Source of the DNA: an uncultured virus (IMG/VR IMGVR_UViG_3300018048_001965)
Taxonomy: Duplodnaviria; Heunggongvirae; Uroviricota; Caudoviricetes
Reading direction: 5' to 3' (one strand)
Length of the DNA stretch: 64,000 bases
IMG/VR virus record: IMGVR_UViG_3300018048_001965
Below, piece after piece: positions 1 through 10,019 of this stretch (position 1 is its first letter; the number at the start of each line of letters is the position of its first letter). The notes below the pieces were generated by a model that was given only the letters and a program-made list of their open reading frames with translations, was not told where the DNA came from and made no database searches. Both the position numbers and the translations under genes were made by a program.

Positions 1-1
1 C

Positions 2-3000
2 TTTGATACTAATGTTCATTTTAAACTAGACAATCTACCGGTAAACGGAGGAAAGTCTGTAGTTATTAAATCCACGTTTGAAACAAAGATTTCTAATTTA
101 AACTACGGCACAAAACTTACAAGTACTCAGGAAGTTTGTGATTTCTTGTTAGGATATCAAGAATATTTAAAATCAACAGGGTTTACTTTTGACTATTTTA
201 ATGATAAATTTAATACTATAGAAAATTGGAATAATGCACTTCAAGAGTTTGTTATTTGGACGTCTGAAGGCTGGGCTTCTGGTACAATACTTTCGTTAAG
301 CCCGGGAGCATATGCATTAGAATTTAAGAAAGATTTTGCAGTAGTAGATGATATATATGATGAGTTTTACGACTATTCGTTATTATCAGAACAAGGTTTA
401 CCGTTAAGGCAAAAATTTAGTAGTATTTTAAGAGACAACAATAGTTTTAGTTTAAAAACAAAAAATACTGACAGCGGAATTTATAATTTAGCACTGCCAT
501 TAGTGCAAAAAGAACATGTTGTAATAATTGATAACGAAACAGTGTTTAATGATAAAATTTATCAACCGAGAACTGGATATAGACAAGAACGTTTAAAGGT
601 TCTAGGTTATCGCAGTGACAACTGGTTAGGCGGATTAAATATACCTGGATTTATATACGACGATACTCACGTTACTGAATGGACAAGATGGCAAGACTAT
701 AACATCGGAAGTGTTGTAAAATACAAAGAGTACTATTATGTTGCTAATAATGAAGTAGCAGGGTCGTATAATTTTGAATTTACTAATTGGGTAAGGTTAA
801 ATGAAAAACCTGAATCAAAACTAATAGCTAACTTTGAATACAAAATTAATCAGTTTGCTGACTTCTATGATCTCGATACTGATAACTTTGATTTAGAACA
901 ACAAAAGATGGCACAGCATTTAATTGGCTACCAAAAAAGAGAATACTTGTCAAATATTATACAAGATGATGTAAGTCAATATAAATTTTATCAAGGTTAT
1001 ATCCAAGATAAAGGAACTATGAATGCTCTTGATAAATTGTTTAATTCTATTAGAGGACAAGGTTTAGAGTTTTACGAAGAATGGGCACTACAGGTAGGAA
1101 AGTACGGTTCGACAGATAATATTAAACAGATAGAAATACCTATAACACAAAGCAATTTAAGAGAGTCTCCGCAATCGATTGAATTTGTAGAATATCTACC
1201 TGAAGAAACATTTGACAAAACTTACAGAGTAAGACCGTTTGATCTTTTAGATAAACCGCAGGATTTTAATGTAAACACATTCCCAACTACTACTAATAAA
1301 GAATATATTTTATCTGGTGGTTATGTTCATGAAGATGATATTGATTTTAAAACAGCAGCAATAACTGACCTAAAAGATGTTGACATTAATCAAATGAACA
1401 TCGAACAATACATATGGGTTACATTCGAAAATCCAAATAACTGGAATGTATATCAAATTATAGATCTTGAAGTTAACTCCGCTAGTCTTTCTGTATTTGC
1501 AACTCCTGATGAATCTAATCAATATTATGCAACTATAACTCTTACAGAGAATCAAGGATTTAATTTAGAATCAGGAGACTACGTTGCTATTGTAGGTGCA
1601 CAACTTTATAATGTATTTTCTTTTTATGAAGTAATAAGTTACATAGATAATCAAATTTTTATCAGAGTATCTGAAGACAACAACATAATTGACTTTGATT
1701 CAGAAAACTTTGACATTTATACAATTAAAAAAGTAAGAGCTAGTAACTTTGAAGAATTTAATACTATTGCTAGAGAGTCTAAGTTTGAAAGTCAGCGAGT
1801 ATGGATAGATAACTATGCAGGAGAAAATCGCTGGGCAGTATTAGAAAATACACCATCTTATAAGGTGTTAGGGTCAATTGTTAATCCTGAAGATCCTGAA
1901 GACAGCACTAACTTAGAAGTTTTTACAGACTATGCAAGTGACTTTGCTATAAGTAGCAATAATAAAGATTTATTTTTGTCATCGCCTGAAAGCGGTAATG
2001 GTAAAGTATTTTACTATACACGAAATAGAGAAGATACTGCACATGAATTTGTACAAACTTTTACAAGTTTAGAATTGCCTTTTAGTACAGAAAATGCCAA
2101 ATACGGTAAGTCTGTATCTGTTAGTGATGATGGAGAATTTTTAGCAATAGGTATTCCTGGGGCTAGTCAAATTAAAACAAAATATAAAGGCGACTATGTA
2201 TCTAATGTATTGTATTCTAAAAGAGATATTGTAAAATATAAAGAGTCGTTATGGCGTGCAAATAGAAATATTGTACAAGAAGGAACAACACAGACTTTTG
2301 AAACATATGATAGTTATATTAACATAGAATCTAGAATAGATCAAGATAGTACAAACTTAACGTTACTTTCTCAAGCATATCCTGGACTAGGCTCAACGTC
2401 CGGTAATGATCATATTCTTGTAAGAGCTCCTCTTGCTCAGCATATTGCCACCACAACTGGAGACTATATAAGACTAAAATGGAATGAATTATCATACGTT
2501 AACGGTTCACTAACTTCAGTATATAAACCATGGAATGATACATTAAGTACATTTGGTATATCTACAGACTTTGTTTCTGGATGGCATCGCATACAAGAAA
2601 AAATTACTAGAATTATAATAATTAATGATTATTTAAGAACAGTTGATACTGGTGATATAGTACAATCTAGTACTGGATCTGCAACTGTAGCAAAAGTTAA
2701 AGCAACGTCAACTGATCTTATGATTTATTTAAAAGACGAAAAGGGAACTTTTGATACTACTGATTTTTTAAATTTATATGATTTTGCAAACGATCTAACT
2801 GCACCGATTGGTACATATACTGAAGTTACGTTAGGTGAAACTTCTGAAGAATTTGGCTTATGGTTAATTGACTCGCCAGTATACACTTCTACTAATACTC
2901 CGTTTGAAACTGGAAAAGGATTAGTATATCTTGATGTATTAGAAGCAAGTAATTACAATGCAGGTACTCAGACAAGAATTGACTATGTTAATGTCTTAGA

Positions 3001-6000
3001 TACAGTAAACAGTATAGGAGAAGTTAATCTAGCTAGAGATAGAGTTAATATAATTGATCAATTAACATACAACGATCCTGATAACGGAATAGTTTTATCA
3101 GATAAATGGATTGTACGAGTACCTACTAATTTGTCAAACAGTGTAAGTAGTAATCTAGTAGGTATCGGTAGTAGTTCAAATCCGTCATACGAATTTTATA
3201 TGTATAATTATGAAAATGCTATTGATGTATCTGCAAGCGGAATTACACATGCTATTACTAATAAAACTCAAACTGTATATGATGTATGGGATGGGTACAT
3301 TGATATTGATTTTTCTGGATACACTAATTTTGAAGGAACAATATACGGTTTAAAGGTTGGTGATGTAATACAAGATGTGCAACGACCACTAGACATAAAT
3401 GGTCAACCTAGCACAAATCCAACACCAACAGATCATGAAGCTACTATTGTCTATATAAAAAGAAATACAGGTGTTGACTTTCAAAAGGTAAGAGTATATA
3501 TTAAAATTAATAGTGGATTGTGGGACTTAGAGCCAAATATTGCACAAGTTCAAATACTTAGACTAGCAGGTACAACAACTGACGGCACAGTAAGAGAAGT
3601 AAACAGGCTTATAGGTGAAATAAACGATTTTAATGCAGACACTGTTGTACCATCAGGCGATGCCGGAAAGTTTTTAGTATTCGAAGCTGATAATGATTTT
3701 GCTTATTCTCAATATAGCGAAATTTTTGATCAAGAATATTATTTTTATACTGTACTTACTCAGACACTTGCTTCAGAAATTACTGCAAGCGCTCCGAGTT
3801 CTTTAAACTTAGACTGGTCTCAAATCTATCATATTGAAACAAACGAAGCAGGTAATCCTAGTTTAAATGGTGTAGGAGCCGTGGCTATCTATAGTAAGTC
3901 AGGCATCAATAATTATGTTCTTAATCAAGTTTTAGTAAGTGAATTTAACTTTAACGTATTAAATGAAAATTTTGGTAAAAAGGTTAAAATATTAAATTCT
4001 AATAATGGTTATAAGTTGTGTGTTTCGAGTAAAGGTTCGGGCACAGAAGAAAATTCAGGAATAATAACTTTCTTTGAACATGGACCTATAGATGTAACGA
4101 ATTATAGAGGAAAATATAATTCTAATGAAAATTATGTCATAGGTGAAACAGTAAGCAACGAAGGAAGATATTATAGAGCAAGAACAACATTAACTTCTGA
4201 TAATGACATTGATGATAGCAATAGTTGGGAAGATATTAGTTGGAGGAGAACTACTGATGAAAAATACCGAGGTACTATCGCAATAAATTCAGAATATGGA
4301 AAAGGAAGTGTTGTACTGTATAACAATGGATTATATAAAGCAAAAACAAATATAATCACCTCGGCAACTATCGGAGATCTTTCAACTGATGCAAGTTGGA
4401 CAGCAGTTGATAACAACGTGGAATATATTGGATATATTCCTTGGATAACGTCAAGTCTAATAACTGGCGATGCGCAGTTTGATAACACTGATATAGTATT
4501 GTTTAGTGATGACTTTATTGTTAGTGAAAATGCAAATATTTTAATAACAAAAATTTCACAAACAGGAAATTCTATTGCGTTGGTAGTTTATGTGCTTGAT
4601 AATGGAAGGTATAGATATCAACAAACTATAGATGATACCGATGGCAATGTAGGGTTTGCAACTAGTTTTAAATTAAATCCACAAGGGAATAAATTAGCAG
4701 TCTCGAGAACTTTAGATGGAATTGGTTCAGTACACATATATAATTTTGTTAGCGGACAGTTTGATGTAAACAATCCACAAATTATTACACCACCGTCTGT
4801 GTTTACAACCAAAAAGTTTGGATATACTTTGTCCTTTGGCGAAGAAAATTTAGCCATTGGTAGTTTAGATGCTAGGGTGTTTATTGACGATAGTACTGAT
4901 TTTATAGTAAACGGAATATTTACTCCTGAAGTTTACGATCAAGGAGTAGTATATTATTATGAAGAAGTTAACAATAACTTAATTTTTGCAGAAAGAATTA
5001 CCTACGGAGTAATCGACGATAATGCTGAACAAAATGTAAAGATTAATGGAAATCATTTGTATATTGGTGCATCGGCTCAAGATAATAATCAGTATCAAGG
5101 TGAGTTTTTTAATTATAGGAAAACCTACGATGCAAAGACTTGGACAGTAACTAGACAAATATCAGATCCTGTAGATATTAAAAAAATTAAGAGTGCATTT
5201 TTGTATAATAAAACCCGTGATGAAATTGTTTCTTACCTAGATTTTATTGATCCAATACAAGGAAAGATTGCAGGACCTGCAGAAAAGAATATTACTTATA
5301 AAACACCTTATGATCCTGCATCGTATAATGTCGGTGATGCTGCTGATACAGTATTTTGGTCAGATGACCATGTTGGAAAAATTTGGTGGGATATATCTAA
5401 ATGTAAATTTACATATCCATATCAAAAGTCTATACAATACCAAAAAGATAATTGGAATGAATTACAGCCTGACGCATCAGTAGATGTTTATGAATGGGTA
5501 GAATCTGTTTATTTGCCTAGCACATGGGACGAATTATCAAATTTACCAGAAGGTTCGACACTCGGCATTTCTGGAACAACATTATACGGCGATACACAGT
5601 TTAGTAAACGCTTTATATACGACAATGACAGTCAGACATTTAGTGAAATTTACTACTACTGGGTGCGCAATAAAAATAGTGTTCCTAAAACAGATACTAA
5701 CAGAACAATTTCCGCTTTAGATATTGCAAGATTAATTGCAACACCGAGAGAGCAGGGGTATAGATTTATAAGTTTCTTAAGTTCTAATGGTATATCTTTA
5801 AATAATTGCGATAGTTTAATTACAAATGATGATATAGTTTTAAATATTAGGTATCACATACAGGATAATCGTGATCAAAATGAACATGATGTTTATCAAA
5901 TTCTTTCAGATGGTTTAAAAAATAGTGCACCGCATCCAATTATCGAAACAAAATGGTTTGATAGTCTAATTGGTTTTGATAAATCAGATAGGACTATACC

Positions 6001-9000
6001 CGATCCTGCACTATTAGAGAAAAACAGATACGGTATACAAAATAATCCACGTCAAGGCATGTTTAAAAATAGAGTAGAGGCTTTAAAAAATCTTGTTGAT
6101 AGGGTTAATATAGTTCTAGAAAACAATAATATAGTTGACAATATTGATATGCAACGTTTAAATTTAGTTGACGAATTACCTACTATTAATTCTGGATTAT
6201 TTGATGTTACATTTAATAATGAAACTGAACTTACTTCTATTAACTCGAAAATAAAAACACCAATTTTAAAACCAGTTATAACCAACGGTAAAATAACTAA
6301 CGTACAGATATTAGATCCTGGTAGAGGATATAAAGTGCCTCCTACTTATACAATAAACGGCATAGGACAAGATGCTAATTTTGAAATAGAAATTAATAAT
6401 CTAGGACAAATAACCCGTGTAAATCTTACTAACAATGGATCAAACTATGATAATAATACTAGTATTACAGTAAGAGCATATAGCGCTCTTGTTATAACTG
6501 ATAATACACTATCTGATAATTCTTGGGCTATTTATAGATATAATTCTACTGAAGAAACATGGCAAAAAACAAGAGTACAAAGTTATTCTGTTCCGAGATA
6601 TTGGCAGTATATTGATTGGTATGCAGCTGGATATAATGCATTATCAAAGGTTGACCATTACATAAAGGGCACATATCAAATAGAAGGAACTAATGCAAAA
6701 TTAGGTCAAATTATAAAAGTTGAAAATGTAGGCACAGGGGGCTGGTTATTGCTTAAAAGAAAGTCTACAACAGATAATGAAGATTTTACACAAGTTTACG
6801 ATACTATTGGCAGACAGAATGGTACAATTAAACTTTTACCTTCGCTTTATGGCGTAAATTCTAGCACAGGATTTGATAATAGAAGTTTTGATAATTTTAG
6901 TTTTGATAAAGATCCTAGAATTGAATTAAGAATAATATTAGAAGCAATTAGAGACGATATATTTGTCGGAAACTTGCAAAATGAATATAACCAGTTGTTT
7001 ATTTCGTCATTAAGATATATCTTGAACGAACAGCGTTCAGTGGACTGGTTCTTTAAAACAAGTTTTGTTAAAGTAAAGCATCATGCAAGTACATTAGAAC
7101 AAGATATAACATTTAATGTTGATAATTTGGATAATTATAAGTCTTATATAGAAGAAGTAAAACCTTTTAAAACTGTATTAAGAGAATTTATTAGTAATCA
7201 TACAAAAACAGAAGAAACAAATACTTCCGTTACTGATTTTGATTTACCTACTTACTATGATGATATAAAAGAAAAGATAGTTCCTAATAATGTTAAAATT
7301 ACAAACGGAGAAATAGTAACAACCGATGATAATATTACAGAATATCCAAGACGTAATTGGTTAGATAATGTTGGCTTTGAAATTACCGATATTAAAATTA
7401 CAAATAGCGGCACAGAATATACAACAAAGCCAGCAGTCGAAGTTATCGGCGGCGGCGGCAGCGGCGCAGTAATAGAAGCATTTATTGGGTACGGGAATAT
7501 TACCGGATTAAAAATTGTATATCCAGGTGAAGGCTATACATCAATACCAACTATTCAAATAGCACCTCCTCCTAATTCAGAAGGAGTTCAAGCAACAGCT
7601 TACCCTGTCTTAGGTAGAAGTAAACCTAGAACAATTAGATCTACAATTAAATTTGATAGAAATTGGCCAGTACTAACCCAATCTGTAAATACATTAGAGC
7701 ACACACAATCGTTTACCGGAACAGGAACACAAACAGTGTTTGATTTAGAATGGCCGATGCAAGTTTTAAATAGTACTTATGTAGTATACATTAACAATAC
7801 CGAGGTATTATCAGGACAATATTCAGTAACTAATATTCAAGATATGTCCAAAGGTTATACAAGATATAAAGGTCGAGTTGTATTAAGTACACCGGCTGGT
7901 GTAGGCGATACTGTTACTATTGTCTATAACAAAAGTTTAGAAATATTAAATGCTATTGATAGAATTAAGTTTGCGTATAATCCAAATGATAATATGATTA
8001 GTAAAGATGCAGCACAATTAATGGATGGTATTGATTATGCTGGTGTACAAATTGATACTTTAGATTTTGGAACAGCACGTGGCTGGGGCAACGGCGAATG
8101 GACTGATTTTGACTATGATACTGATGAAGAATTAGAAGATCTAATTGTAGAACTTGACGGTTCTAGTACAAGTATAATATTACCTAGAGCACTAGAATTA
8201 GATGTGTCATATAACATTTACAGGATTGGTATAGATTCTAATGATAATATCTTTAGTAACATTAGACACGATGACGAAAACTTTGGTACTGCCCAACAAT
8301 CTAATCTAAACGCAACTTGTCAAACATTAGTCGGCGACGGTGAAACACAGGTAATTAATCTAAATGACTTAGGAATAATGACTGCAATTAGAGAAGGAGA
8401 ATCATATGTAAAGATTGTTGTAAGAAAAGTTACAAGCGATGGTAGTATTTTACCTTACGGTGCAACTTATGATACTGATATTAGTGGTGGTGATTTAAAC
8501 TATTTAAATGCAAGTGGACAAAGACCTGAAGACATTATAATTGATGGTGATAACTTTGTTACTCCTGAAAGTGCAAAAAGTGTTGAAGAACTAGTTCCAG
8601 GACAAGTGCAAGATACACTCGATATGCAAGTTACTACTAAAGGAGAAGATAGTGCAGTATATAGTTATAGAATCTTTAAAGACATAACAAATAATACAAC
8701 TTATAAGCGTATTGATAGCCCAACAACTAAACTTTCAAAAGAACTTACGCAGTATGATTTACAAATTGAAGTTAAAGATGCAACTAACTTACCAGAACCA
8801 GATAGAGAATTAAATTTACCTGGGGTGCTTTGGATAGGTAAGGAGCGTATTGAATACCTAGTTAAGGATGAAAATAGACTTAGACTAATACGTCGAGGAA
8901 CGCTTGGTACAGGAGTGCGTGATGTACATCCACTAGGTACACCAGTGTATGATCAAAGTAGAACAAAAAATATTACATATGAAGATGTAACGCAAACACA

Positions 9001-9379
9001 AACAGTTGATAGTGCAGATGTATCTTCAGTTGCAAGTACATTTGAATTAGGGTTTATACCTAATTCTGTCGATGAGTTTGAAATCTTTATTAATGGTATT
9101 AGACTAACTGGTAAAACGTCTAAATTATATAATCCTAATATAGCACAAGACTCGCCTGAAGGTGATGAAGATGTAGCAGCAGATTTTACATTATCGTATG
9201 TAATTGAAAACGACACACCAGTACAAGCAATAATTGATATTACTAATTCGTCATTGCTAGAGTTTGCTACTAGAAACATTGTAGTAACTAGGAAAAAAGG
9301 CTCAATGTGGAACGTAATAGGCGAATCAATAACTGAAACAGAAACAAGTATCGGGTTCTTTCTGAGATCCGGAAACTAA
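2..9379 (+). CDS. Giant virion structural protein, probably baseplate wedge/hub-associated (5' truncated, >3120 aa)
   Basis: The frame is open from base 2 (FDTNVHFKLD...), so the true start lies off-window. It has several Y-x-x-G-x-x-V-x-Y...Y-x-A modules (CBM5/12-like), FG-GAP-like propeller motifs (YGKSVSVSDDGEFLAIG, FGYTLSF) and G-x-G-Y-x3-P beta repeats. It sits directly upstream of tail-fibre genes. Confidence 0.7.
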   Translation, partial: FDTNVHFKLDNLPVNGGKSVVIKSTFETKISNLNYGTKLTSTQEVCDFLLGYQEYLKSTGFTFDYFNDKFNTIENWNNALQEFVIWTSEGWASGTILSLSPGAYALEFKKDFAVVDDIYDEFYDYSLLSEQGLPLRQKFSSILRDNNSFSLKTKNTDSGIYNLALPLVQKEHVVIIDNETVFNDKIYQPRTGYRQERLKVLGYRSDNWLGGLNIPGFIYDDTHVTEWTRWQDYNIGSVVKYKEYYYVANNEVAGSYNFEFTNWVRLNEKPESKLIANFEYKINQFADFYDLDTDNFDLEQQKMAQHLIGYQKREYLSNIIQDDVSQYKFYQGYIQDKGTMNALDKLFNSIRGQGLEFYEEWALQVGKYGSTDNIKQIEIPITQSNLRESPQSIEFVEYLPEETFDKTYRVRPFDLLDKPQDFNVNTFPTTTNKEYILSGGYVHEDDIDFKTAAITDLKDVDINQMNIEQYIWVTFENPNNWNVYQIIDLEVNSASLSVFATPDESNQYYATITLTENQGFNLESGDYVAIVGAQLYNVFSFYEVISYIDNQIFIRVSEDNNIIDFDSENFDIYTIKKVRASNFEEFNTIARESKFESQRVWIDNYAGENRWAVLENTPSYKVLGSIVNPEDPEDSTNLEVFTDYASDFAISSNNKDLFLSSPESGNGKVFYYTRNREDTAHEFVQTFTSLELPFSTENAKYGKSVSVSDDGEFLAIGIPGASQIKTKYKGDYVSNVLYSKRDIVKYKESLWRANRNIVQEGTTQTFETYDSYINIESRIDQDSTNLTLLSQAYPGLGSTSGNDHILVRAPLAQHIATTTGDYIRLKWNELSYVNGSLTSVYKPWNDTLSTFGISTDFVSGWHRIQEKITRIIIINDYLRTVDTGDIVQSSTGSATVAKVKATSTDLMIYLKDEKGTFDTTDFLNLYDFANDLTAPIGTYTEVTLGETSEEFGLWLIDSPVYTSTNTPFETGKGLVYLDVLEASNYNAGTQTRIDYVNVLDTVNSIGEVNLARDRVNIIDQLTYNDPDNGIVLSDKWIVRVPTNLSNSVSSNLVGIGSSSNPSYEFYMYNYENAIDVSASGITHAITNKTQTVYDVWDGYIDIDFSGYTNFEGTIYGLKVGDVIQDVQRPLDINGQPSTNPTPTDHEATIVYIKRNTGVDFQKVRVYIKINSGLWDLEPNIAQVQILRLAGTTTDGTVREVNRLIGEINDFNADTVVPSGDAGKFLVFEADNDFAYSQYSEIFDQEYYFYTVLTQTLASEITASAPSSLNLDWSQIYHIETNEAGNPSLNGVGAVAIYSKSGINNYVLNQVLVSEFNFNVLNENFGKKVKILNSNNGYKLCVSSKGSGTEENSGIITFFEHGPIDVTNYRGKYNSNENYVIGETVSNEGRYYRARTTLTSDNDIDDSNSWEDISWRRTTDEKYRGTIAINSEYGKGSVVLYNNGLYKAKTNIITSATIGDLSTDASWTAVDNNVEYIGYIPWITSSLITGDAQFDNTDIVLFSDDFIVSENANILITKISQTGNSIALVVYVLDNGRYRYQQTIDDTDGNVGFATSFKLNPQGNKLAVSRTLDGIGSVHIYNFVSGQFDVNNPQIITPPSVFTTKKFGYTLSFGEENLAIGSLDARVFIDDSTDFIVNGIFTPEVYDQGVVYYYEEVNNNLIFAERITYGVIDDNAEQNVKINGNHLYIGASAQDNNQYQGEFFNYRKTYDAKTWTVTRQISDPVDIKKIKSAFLYNKTRDEIVSYLDFIDPIQGKIAGPAEKNITYKTPYDPASYNVGDAADTVFWSDDHVGKIWWDISKCKFTYPYQKSIQYQKDNWNELQPDASVDVYEWVESVYLPSTWDELSNLPEGSTLGISGTTLYGDTQFSKRFIYDNDSQTFSEIYYYWVRNKNSVPKTDTNRTISALDIARLIATPREQGYRFISFLSSNGISLNNCDSLITNDDIVLNIRYHIQDNRDQNEHDVYQILSDGLKNSAPHPIIETKWFDSLIGFDKSDRTIPDPALLEKNRYGIQNNPRQGMFKNRVEALKNLVDRVNIVLENNNIVDNIDMQRLNLVDELPTINSGLFDVTFNNETELTSINSKIKTPILKPVITNGKITNVQILDPGRGYKVPPTYTINGIGQDANFEIEINNLGQITRVNLTNNGSNYDNNTSITVRAYSALVITDNTLSDNSWAIYRYNSTEETWQKTRVQSYSVPRYWQYIDWYAAGYNALSKVDHYIKGTYQIEGTNAKLGQIIKVENVGTGGWLLLKRKSTTDNEDFTQVYDTIGRQNGTIKLLPSLYGVNSSTGFDNRSFDNFSFDKDPRIELRIILEAIRDDIFVGNLQNEYNQLFISSLRYILNEQRSVDWFFKTSFVKVKHHASTLEQDITFNVDNLDNYKSYIEEVKPFKTVLREFISNHTKTEETNTSVTDFDLPTYYDDIKEKIVPNNVKITNGEIVTTDDNITEYPRRNWLDNVGFEITDIKITNSGTEYTTKPAVEVIGGGGSGAVIEAFIGYGNITGLKIVYPGEGYTSIPTIQIAPPPNSEGVQATAYPVLGRSKPRTIRSTIKFDRNWPVLTQSVNTLEHTQSFTGTGTQTVFDLEWPMQVLNSTYVVYINNTEVLSGQYSVTNIQDMSKGYTRYKGRVVLSTPAGVGDTVTIVYNKSLEILNAIDRIKFAYNPNDNMISKDAAQLMDGIDYAGVQIDTLDFGTARGWGNGEWTDFDYDTDEELEDLIVELDGSSTSIILPRALELDVSYNIYRIGIDSNDNIFSNIRHDDENFGTAQQSNLNATCQTLVGDGETQVINLNDLGIMTAIREGESYVKIVVRKVTSDGSILPYGATYDTDISGGDLNYLNASGQRPEDIIIDGDNFVTPESAKSVEELVPGQVQDTLDMQVTTKGEDSAVYSYRIFKDITNNTTYKRIDSPTTKLSKELTQYDLQIEVKDATNLPEPDRELNLPGVLWIGKERIEYLVKDENRLRLIRRGTLGTGVRDVHPLGTPVYDQSRTKNITYEDVTQTQTVDSADVSSVASTFELGFIPNSVDEFEIFINGIRLTGKTSKLYNPNIAQDSPEGDEDVAADFTLSYVIENDTPVQAIIDITNSSLLEFATRNIVVTRKKGSMWNVIGESITETETSIGFFLRSGN

Positions 9380-9385
9380 TAAATA
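9378..9385 (+). promoter_or_regulatory. T4-type late promoter-like box (AATAAATA)
   Basis: TAAATA core at the stop of the giant ORF and upstream of AGGA-N7-ATG 9405. The motif recurs at many gene starts in the window. Confidence 0.55.
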
Positions 9386-9404
9386 CATTGTATAGGAAGA
9401 CAAC

Positions 9405-10019
9405 ATGAACAGTATAACAGATTTAAACGGAATAGCAGTACAGGGCCATATTAAGATATACGATCCTAGCAATGGCGAAGTTTTTGTACAAAAGCGTAAT
9501 GCAATACACTACGAAAATATGAGTGTTGCTCTTGCAGAAAGTATGGCAAACTTGGGTAAAGGATTTATATACGAAATGAGCTTCGGCAACGGCGGCACAA
9601 GTGTTGATCCAACAGGTATTATTACATATCTAACACCAAACAGTACAGGCGCAAATGCAAGCCTTTATAATCAAACATATTCAAAAGTTGTAGTTGACGA
9701 CGGACTGCTTAATAATAATCCAGAAAGCAATTATTTAGAAATTAGACACGTTACAGGAACAAATTATACAGACATACTTGTAAGTTGTTTACTAGACTAT
9801 TCAGAGCCTGTTGCACAGGAAGCATTTGATAATGCTACTAATTTGTCTAGTGATTATATATTTGATGAATTAGGGTTGCGTAGTAAATCAAGTGATCCAA
9901 ATGAATCAGGTAAACTGATTACACATGTTATTTTTCACCCTGTACAAAAATCATTAAACAGACTAATACAAATTGACTATACAGTGAGAATACAGAGTTT
10001 GTCAGGAGGTAATGCATAA
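9405..10019 (+). CDS. Putative baseplate/tail-fibre attachment protein
   Basis: 204 aa with SD AGGA. The C-terminal DELGL...LITHVIFHPVQKS..IQIDYTVRI resembles phage tail-fibre N-terminal adaptor motifs. Located within the structural module. Confidence 0.5.
   Translation: MNSITDLNGIAVQGHIKIYDPSNGEVFVQKRNAIHYENMSVALAESMANLGKGFIYEMSFGNGGTSVDPTGIITYLTPNSTGANASLYNQTYSKVVVDDGLLNNNPESNYLEIRHVTGTNYTDILVSCLLDYSEPVAQEAFDNATNLSSDYIFDELGLRSKSSDPNESGKLITHVIFHPVQKSLNRLIQIDYTVRIQSLSGGNA

Noticed and set aside
146..148. TTG at 146 as the start of the giant ORF
   Set aside because: The frame has no stop from base 2 onward, so the gene starts upstream of the window.
7448..7466. GGC-rich run
   Set aside because: It simply encodes a Gly linker (GGGGSG) in frame.
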